From: Patescibacteria group bacterium
GTDB taxonomy: Bacteria; Patescibacteriota; Saccharimonadia; CAILAD01; BJGX01
Direction: 5' to 3'
DNA: 64,000 bases
NCBI GenBank assembly: GCA_026397045.1
Contig: JAPLVO010000014.1
Coordinates: 724 to 64,723, forward strand
In this document: piece after piece, positions 57,631-64,000 of the stretch
How the letters are laid out: each line of letters begins with the position of its first letter
Position numbering within the stretch: position 1 is the first letter of the stretch
Notes under the pieces: model-generated
What the model was told of the DNA's origin: nothing
The model's database searches: none
The model's input: only the letters and a program-made list of their open reading frames with translations
Program-made: the position numbers and the translations under genes

Positions 57631-58677
57631 TTAGCCGAGTTCTTTTTTGAGCTTTTCTACCAAATCCACTGGGGTTGGATTAATTCCATTAGCAATTCCA
57701 ACATAGGCTGAGACATAATCGCCTAGCAAGATAGTAGAAAGCAACTGCTCTATAAGTGTCTGGCCTTGGGCTTCTATAACTATTGGCTCAAAGCCTTTGT
57801 CTTTTAAGATATTTTTGGTGATGTCCATGCGCTTTTGCATTTGAGCGCTTTCCAAGCTAGATTCCAGCTGTACAGATACAACATCTTTCTTTTCAGGGAA
57901 CATCCAGCCCTGGAATTCATTATGATTTAGCTCCGGGTAGGTATTATAAAAACACAATTGCTTGCCATTTTCGTTGATATCTATCTTCCATTTATAGGCG
58001 GCCGAGCCAAGTACTGAGCCTGAGTAAATAATCCCGATCTTTCCCGCTAACTGCTCGGCGATTTCCATTGCCCGGTTACTGGTATCATTATCCGGGCTCA
58101 TCTCAAATTTTAATTTATCTAAAAAGTCTGCAGCATTAATAAGCTGCCCACGCAAATCTGTGGAGGAGGATAGCCTCATGTCCTCAAATAAGCACGCTAA
58201 GGCCTTTAGCCCAGCGAATACAGCTAATCTTGGCTGAACCCCTGCAGGTAGCTCTAATAGGCCGTGGTGTTTCTGCTGGGCGAGGTCCATCAGCTCGCCA
58301 CCAGCTGTCATAATGACTATCCTAGCATTCAGGCCCAAGGCCTGCTTGTAGCAGCTAAGAGCCTCTTCGGTATTGCCGGAATGCGATGACACCACAACTA
58401 AGGTGTCTGGGCCTACATAGCTAGGCAAATTGTACCCTCTAGTTATTTCAAAAGGCACCACCAGACTACCGTAAAGCCAGCTTTTAATTATATTTGCAGC
58501 CAGTGCCGAGCCACCCATCCCAGCTAGCACTATGCCCGATATACCCACCCCATCTTCGGCAGTGATATCCTCATGCATGGTGTCGGCATAATTGCGCCTC
58601 AACTGCTCGGGCTGAGCTCCAATCATGTCGAATATGCGATCTTTATCCAGTTCATTTATTTTAGCTATATCTATCAT
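57631..58677 (-). CDS. Bifunctional phosphoglucose/phosphomannose isomerase (SIS)
   Basis: GMGGSA, SHSGNTEE, QPRLA, KWK..INENGK, PELNHNE. Confidence 0.93.
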   Translation of the reverse strand: MIDIAKINELDKDRIFDMIGAQPEQLRRNYADTMHEDITAEDGVGISGIVLAGMGGSALAANIIKSWLYGSLVVPFEITRGYNLPSYVGPDTLVVVSSHSGNTEEALSCYKQALGLNARIVIMTAGGELMDLAQQKHHGLLELPAGVQPRLAVFAGLKALACLFEDMRLSSSTDLRGQLINAADFLDKLKFEMSPDNDTSNRAMEIAEQLAGKIGIIYSGSVLGSAAYKWKIDINENGKQLCFYNTYPELNHNEFQGWMFPEKKDVVSVQLESSLESAQMQKRMDITKNILKDKGFEPIVIEAQGQTLIEQLLSTILLGDYVSAYVGIANGINPTPVDLVEKLKKELG

Positions 58678-58799
58678 GTTTCCTCCTAATAGCTATATTG
58701 TACCACTTATAATGCCTACATATCAGCTAGGCAAAGTACCTAAGGCCATATTCCACTCGCTTATTAGCCCAACCAAAATATAATATTTATTCTTATAAA

Positions 58800-58995
58800 G
58801 ACTTAGGGCCAGAACTTGCGTCCTGGCCCCGGTATTTTATTTACCCACAGATACCACCTGTGCTTCTGAGGAGGAAAGGAGTCCTCAGAAGAAATCGGGC
58901 CCTGAGGCTAGAGAGTTCTACGACAGTAGAATAAAGCTTCAAAAGCCTACTCTCTAGCCTCCCCTTGGCTCCCGCGTTTTTTTGGCTTGTGCCAG
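58800..58995 (-). ncRNA. Candidate stand-alone structured ncRNA (RNA-A)
   Basis: Has its own promoter, six stem-loops including a 12-bp stem closing a three-way junction, G.U pairs and a GCAA tetraloop valid only on the minus strand, and no ORF. Confidence 0.65.
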
Positions 58996-59001
58996 AATTA
59001 A

Positions 59002-59030
59002 ATAATATCATAATTATAGTATTATGTCAA
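59002..59030 (-). promoter_or_regulatory. Strong sigma70 promoter driving RNA-A
   Basis: TTGACA-N17-TATTAT with extended TG, just downstream of the groEL terminator. Confidence 0.75.
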
Positions 59031-59052
59031 TACTATAATATAACTAAATTAT

Positions 59053-59088
59053 AAAAATAACCCCCAACTTTACGGGGGTTATTTTTTT
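59053..59088 (-). terminator. groEL intrinsic terminator (bidirectional)
   Basis: AAAAATAACCCCC-loop-GGGGGTTATTTTT. Confidence 0.85.
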
Positions 59089-59119
59089 AATCTTTAAGCC
59101 ACTGGCTACCGGAAGGGAG

Positions 59120-60766
<1,647 letters not shown>

Positions 60767-61027
60767 TTATTTTATCACCGCGAGGATATCTTCCTCTTTG
60801 GCTATCATATAATCTTTATTATCTACCTTTACTTCATCTGGGCCATAGCTCTTATAGAGCACTGTGTCGCCCGCAGCTACTTCTTTGACTTCCTTACCGA
60901 CTTCAAGAACCTTGGCCATCTTGGGCTTCTCCTGGGCACTGTCGGGCAATATAATGCCACTCTTGGTCTGTTCTAACTGTTCAAGTTGTTCTAACACAAT
61001 ACGATCTGCTAGTGGTTGGATCTTCAT
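60767..61027 (-). CDS. groS: Co-chaperonin GroES
   Basis: MKIQPLADRI, SGIILPDSAQEKP, EEDILAVI; SD GGGAGG. Start set at 61027. Confidence 0.97.
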   Translation of the reverse strand: MKIQPLADRIVLEQLEQLEQTKSGIILPDSAQEKPKMAKVLEVGKEVKEVAAGDTVLYKSYGPDEVKVDNKDYMIAKEEDILAVIK

Positions 61028-61062
61028 CTGCCTCCCTGCTTTAAAATTTAGTATAGTCAGTA

Positions 61063-61089
61063 TTAGCACTCTATACATATGAGTGCTAA
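61063..61089. promoter_or_regulatory. CIRCE element (HrcA operator)
   Basis: Perfect TTAGCACTC-N9-GAGTGCTAA upstream of groES. Confidence 0.95.
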
Positions 61090-61124
61090 TTGATATTAAT
61101 ATACATCTGGCAAAAGTTACTTGT

Positions 61125-61151
61125 CAAGCACTCTACCTATTAGACTGCTAA
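61125..61151. promoter_or_regulatory. Second, degenerate CIRCE overlapping the groES -35 box
   Basis: Minus strand TTAGCAGTC-N9-GAGTGCTTG runs into TTGACA (61127-61122). Confidence 0.75.
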
Positions 61152-62038
61152 ATGTTATCTCTTATACTCCGCCACTGGGTGGCTAATTGGGCGGATGTAC
61201 CTTTATGGTGAAGATTAATAATATCTGGGCGAACCCGGATAAAAGCATCTGGGTGGTGGCTCTTAGGCTGGGCTGCGGTATGTCGCAAATGTCGGTGATA
61301 GCCGATATCGTCAAGCCTGTCGATAATTCTAAAGCCAGAACTATAAATTCGCATTGGAAGCTTGGGCCAAACAAAGTTTGGTAACTTTTCTTGAATGTAT
61401 GGGTCGCACTTTAGTATCCCGTACCAAATACTCGCCCCGTATATCGGCTTGGCACAGATCATGGCATAAACCAGCCCAGGCTCATTGACCTTCATTATAT
61501 CCTTCTGCATCTTAACCCCCTTGGTAGTCAAAAACATACCCAGGCTAAATCTACCTGCAGACACAAATTGATCCTCCAGCTGATGCAGAAGCTTAAGCAC
61601 GCCCATAAGTATGCCCTTGGAGACAAAAATACGGTTTGGAGAGGTAACTATTAGCAAATCAATATCGCTCTGATCGTGGGCATTCCCGAGAGCAACACTA
61701 TTTACCACTACTATAGATTTAACAAATGGCAGCATCCCGATAGCTCGAGCCCAGCGAAGAGCTTTTTTGAGCAATATCTGTTGCTGACCCAACATCTTCT
61801 TCTGATTAGGATATTTATGAGCCGATAATCCATATTTTCCATCGACCAAAGAAACCTTACCCCGCTTTTCCAAATTTACCAGCTGTTTCTTTATGGCCAA
61901 ATGGCTTGTTCTTATTGATACCAGGCTAAATATAGTATTAAAGTCTACGCGTAGCCCCCAAACAGCATAGTAGGCTAGTAGATCCAGGCAGGCATGGCTA
62001 ATTTGCGACTCTCTTTGCTTAGTTTTATAAACACTCAT
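61148..62038 (-). CDS. Nucleotidyltransferase-domain (Pol-beta superfamily) protein
   Basis: PFVKSIVVVNSVALGN....SDIDLLIV motif. Start set at MSVYK (TATACT-N6-ATG). Confidence 0.75.
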   Translation of the reverse strand: MSVYKTKQRESQISHACLDLLAYYAVWGLRVDFNTIFSLVSIRTSHLAIKKQLVNLEKRGKVSLVDGKYGLSAHKYPNQKKMLGQQQILLKKALRWARAIGMLPFVKSIVVVNSVALGNAHDQSDIDLLIVTSPNRIFVSKGILMGVLKLLHQLEDQFVSAGRFSLGMFLTTKGVKMQKDIMKVNEPGLVYAMICAKPIYGASIWYGILKCDPYIQEKLPNFVWPKLPMRIYSSGFRIIDRLDDIGYHRHLRHTAAQPKSHHPDAFIRVRPDIINLHHKGTSAQLATQWRSIRDNI

Positions 62039-62055
62039 AGATACAGTATATCTCA

Positions 62056-62281
62056 AATAAAAGCAGAATGACCCAGAGCTTTAAAAACTCTGGGTCTACT
62101 ATTGGGTGGGAGGCTGGGCCCACGATCTAAGCAATGTTTGCTTTTTACCCCATCAAAGGCAAACATCTATCACACAGGGCTCATTTCTCAATTTACGAGA
62201 GCGAGAAGCTATGTGGGTGGGCCCAGCCAAATGTTGCGGTAGTAGCTAGATAAAAAATTTGCTATCTGCTACTACCGCGTT
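62056..62281 (-). ncRNA. Candidate structured ncRNA (RNA-B)
   Basis: 11-bp hairpin, 12-bp stem closing a three-way junction, terminal hairpin and U-rich tail; G.U pairs favour the minus strand; no ORF. Confidence 0.55.
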
Positions 62282-62421
62282 ATTCAACAAACAACACTAT
62301 TCAGCAGTATTCTGCAAGTGATCAGGCAAAATACCGGAATCATGCTGTTTGTTAAAATTGAAAAGTTCGTTCTTATTTTGCTCTAAGAATGAGCTAATAT
62401 TAAACCCTTACTGGCCAAATA

Positions 62422-63762
62422 TCAAGCAATTTTGTGGATGATTTCCTTTATCTTCTGTAAGCTGGCTTCTGCCGTGGCCCGATCTAGAGCCTCTAAATTT
62501 ACCCTTAGCAGGGGCTCGGTATTACTGGACCTAATATTGGCCCACCAGGACTTGTTATAAATACTCAGGCCATCTATGTAATCTAGCCGATCGGCTGTAA
62601 TATTTTGTCGTACCAAATCAATAGCATTTTGTGCGTCTGGAACCTCAAATGTCTGTTCAGCCAGAGCGTAGTACCTACGATAAGGCCGAACTAGCTCGGA
62701 AAGCTTTTTGCTAGATTTAGATAAAATAGAAAGAGCCCTCAGGCATGCTATTAACCCACTAGTATCGTTGTTAAATTCAGCAAAGTAATAGTGTTGGGCT
62801 TGCTCAATTCCAAGTACCGCGTGGTGCTTAGCCATAGCCTGCTTCATGCTCGGGCGGCCAACTTTTACTTCTATTGCGATCCCGCCTAGTCTTCCAATGA
62901 TCTCTGGTAGCGCTCTAGAGCATGAGGCATTATAGACAATACTGGATTTCTTTTGCGCCAAAGCCTGATGGGCAAAAACCAAGCCAAGTTCGCTAGCCGA
63001 GATAGTTCTACCGGTTTCATCAACCAGCATAGCCCTGTCCGCATCTCCATCAAATGCAACGCCGCAGTCAAACCCGCCGGAGCTAACCTTGCTCTTTAGA
63101 TCTACCAAATTGGCCTCTATCATGGGATTAGGATGATGGTGGGGAAAGTTACCGTCGGGAGTTAAATACAGCCCAACGATGTTTAGGTTGGTCTTTTTGA
63201 GTAGGCTCTCCACGACAATACCCCCCATGCCGTTACCGGCGTCCCAGGCTACCTTCAGCGGACGGTCAATGCTGCCTGCCGCCTTAATAGCGAAGTCAAC
63301 CCACAGGTTGGTAATATCAATCTTTTCCACGCTACCGATATCCACGGCTGGTGAAAACACCATATCCTTAGCCATAGACCTTATAATTTCTAGGCCCGAC
63401 CCCATACCTATCGGTGCTCCACCCTTACTGGTCAGCTTAATGCCATTATAGCCACGGGGATCGTGACTGGCTGTAACCATGGCGCCTCCAGCAAGCCCTT
63501 TGGATTCAATGGCATAGTAGAGCATATCTGTGCTTACCTGGCCAATATCCAGGACATCCCTACCCTGCTCAGTCAGGCCTCGGACGATATTATCTGCCAA
63601 ATCAATAGAATCCAGCCTCATGTCCTTGCCTACAGCGACTTGGCCTGGAGGCAAATACTGTGCCATCGACTGCCCCACTCTGTAGGCAAGCTCGGGAGAC
63701 ACACCCTTGGCGCTTTCGCCGCGGATGTCATAAGCCTTAAATACAGATGGATTAAATAGCAT
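62422..63762 (-). CDS. Phosphomannomutase/phosphoglucomutase
   Basis: FKAYDIRG, TASHDP..YNG.K, DGDADR, RSSNTEP. Confidence 0.95.
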   Translation of the reverse strand: MLFNPSVFKAYDIRGESAKGVSPELAYRVGQSMAQYLPPGQVAVGKDMRLDSIDLADNIVRGLTEQGRDVLDIGQVSTDMLYYAIESKGLAGGAMVTASHDPRGYNGIKLTSKGGAPIGMGSGLEIIRSMAKDMVFSPAVDIGSVEKIDITNLWVDFAIKAAGSIDRPLKVAWDAGNGMGGIVVESLLKKTNLNIVGLYLTPDGNFPHHHPNPMIEANLVDLKSKVSSGGFDCGVAFDGDADRAMLVDETGRTISASELGLVFAHQALAQKKSSIVYNASCSRALPEIIGRLGGIAIEVKVGRPSMKQAMAKHHAVLGIEQAQHYYFAEFNNDTSGLIACLRALSILSKSSKKLSELVRPYRRYYALAEQTFEVPDAQNAIDLVRQNITADRLDYIDGLSIYNKSWWANIRSSNTEPLLRVNLEALDRATAEASLQKIKEIIHKIA

Positions 63763-63771
63763 AACTATATT

Positions 63772-64000
63772 CTACCAGAATAAGTTCTTTCGTATTCTGG
63801 CATATAGCCTAAGAAAATACTCTTCTTGGTTAGCCCATAGCTTATACTTAGTAGAATTTATGGGCATATCCCAGCAACCGACAAACTCCACGACATTATC
63901 GCTAAAACTACGCTTAAATTGATACAGGCCAGATTGGGGATGCTTGCTGTCAGACAATTTGGCTATAGGCGGCACCCCAACCATATCATAGAGCTTATCG
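63772..64000 (-). CDS. FemABX-family peptidoglycan peptidyltransferase, C-terminal part (runs off right edge)
   Basis: YDMVGVP...HP..GLYQFK.SF......VG.WD.P. Confidence 0.8.
   Translation of the reverse strand, partial: DKLYDMVGVPPIAKLSDSKHPQSGLYQFKRSFSDNVVEFVGCWDMPINSTKYKLWANQEEYFLRLYARIRKNLFW

Overview
This 64 kb window is gene-dense bacterial chromosome read with genetic code 11. The gene set and protein styles (Zn-less primase N-terminus, degenerate DHH protein, PRC-barrel, pgi/pmi, Pro-rich single-pass proteins, no rplI after rpsR) suggest a Patescibacteria (CPR), probably Saccharibacteria-like, genome; that assignment is inference. Most content is housekeeping: ychF, rpsF-ssb-rpsR-efp, recA-recX, ftsK-rodZ, rnj, pnp-rpsO-truB, rpsT, holA, mutM, polA, dnaG-rpoD, murE, pyrH, dus, groES-groEL with CIRCE and tRNA-Ser(GGA). 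A redox and envelope-stress stretch carries trhO, ccdA/trx, msrA/msrB, a flavodoxin, HdeD/BI-1 and an LCP protein. I saw no CRISPR array, integrase, transposase or prophage. Main leads: (1) two unannotated, strongly structured minus-strand RNAs of about 200 nt on either side of groESL, with a shared architecture; (2) a lone nicotianamine-synthase-like gene co-transcribed with tRNA dihydrouridine synthase; (3) a miniature CREST-superfamily membrane protein; (4) a leader-peptide/attenuator in front of a GNAT; (5) pervasive leaderless promoters, 5'-terminal mini-ORFs coupled to main starts, and ATT/ATC start codons; (6) an amidinotransferase divergent from a MurE lacking DNPR; (7) a tRNA-Ser 3'-end repeat with an insertion in the T-loop. 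Family calls come from motif recognition only; no database searches were run.
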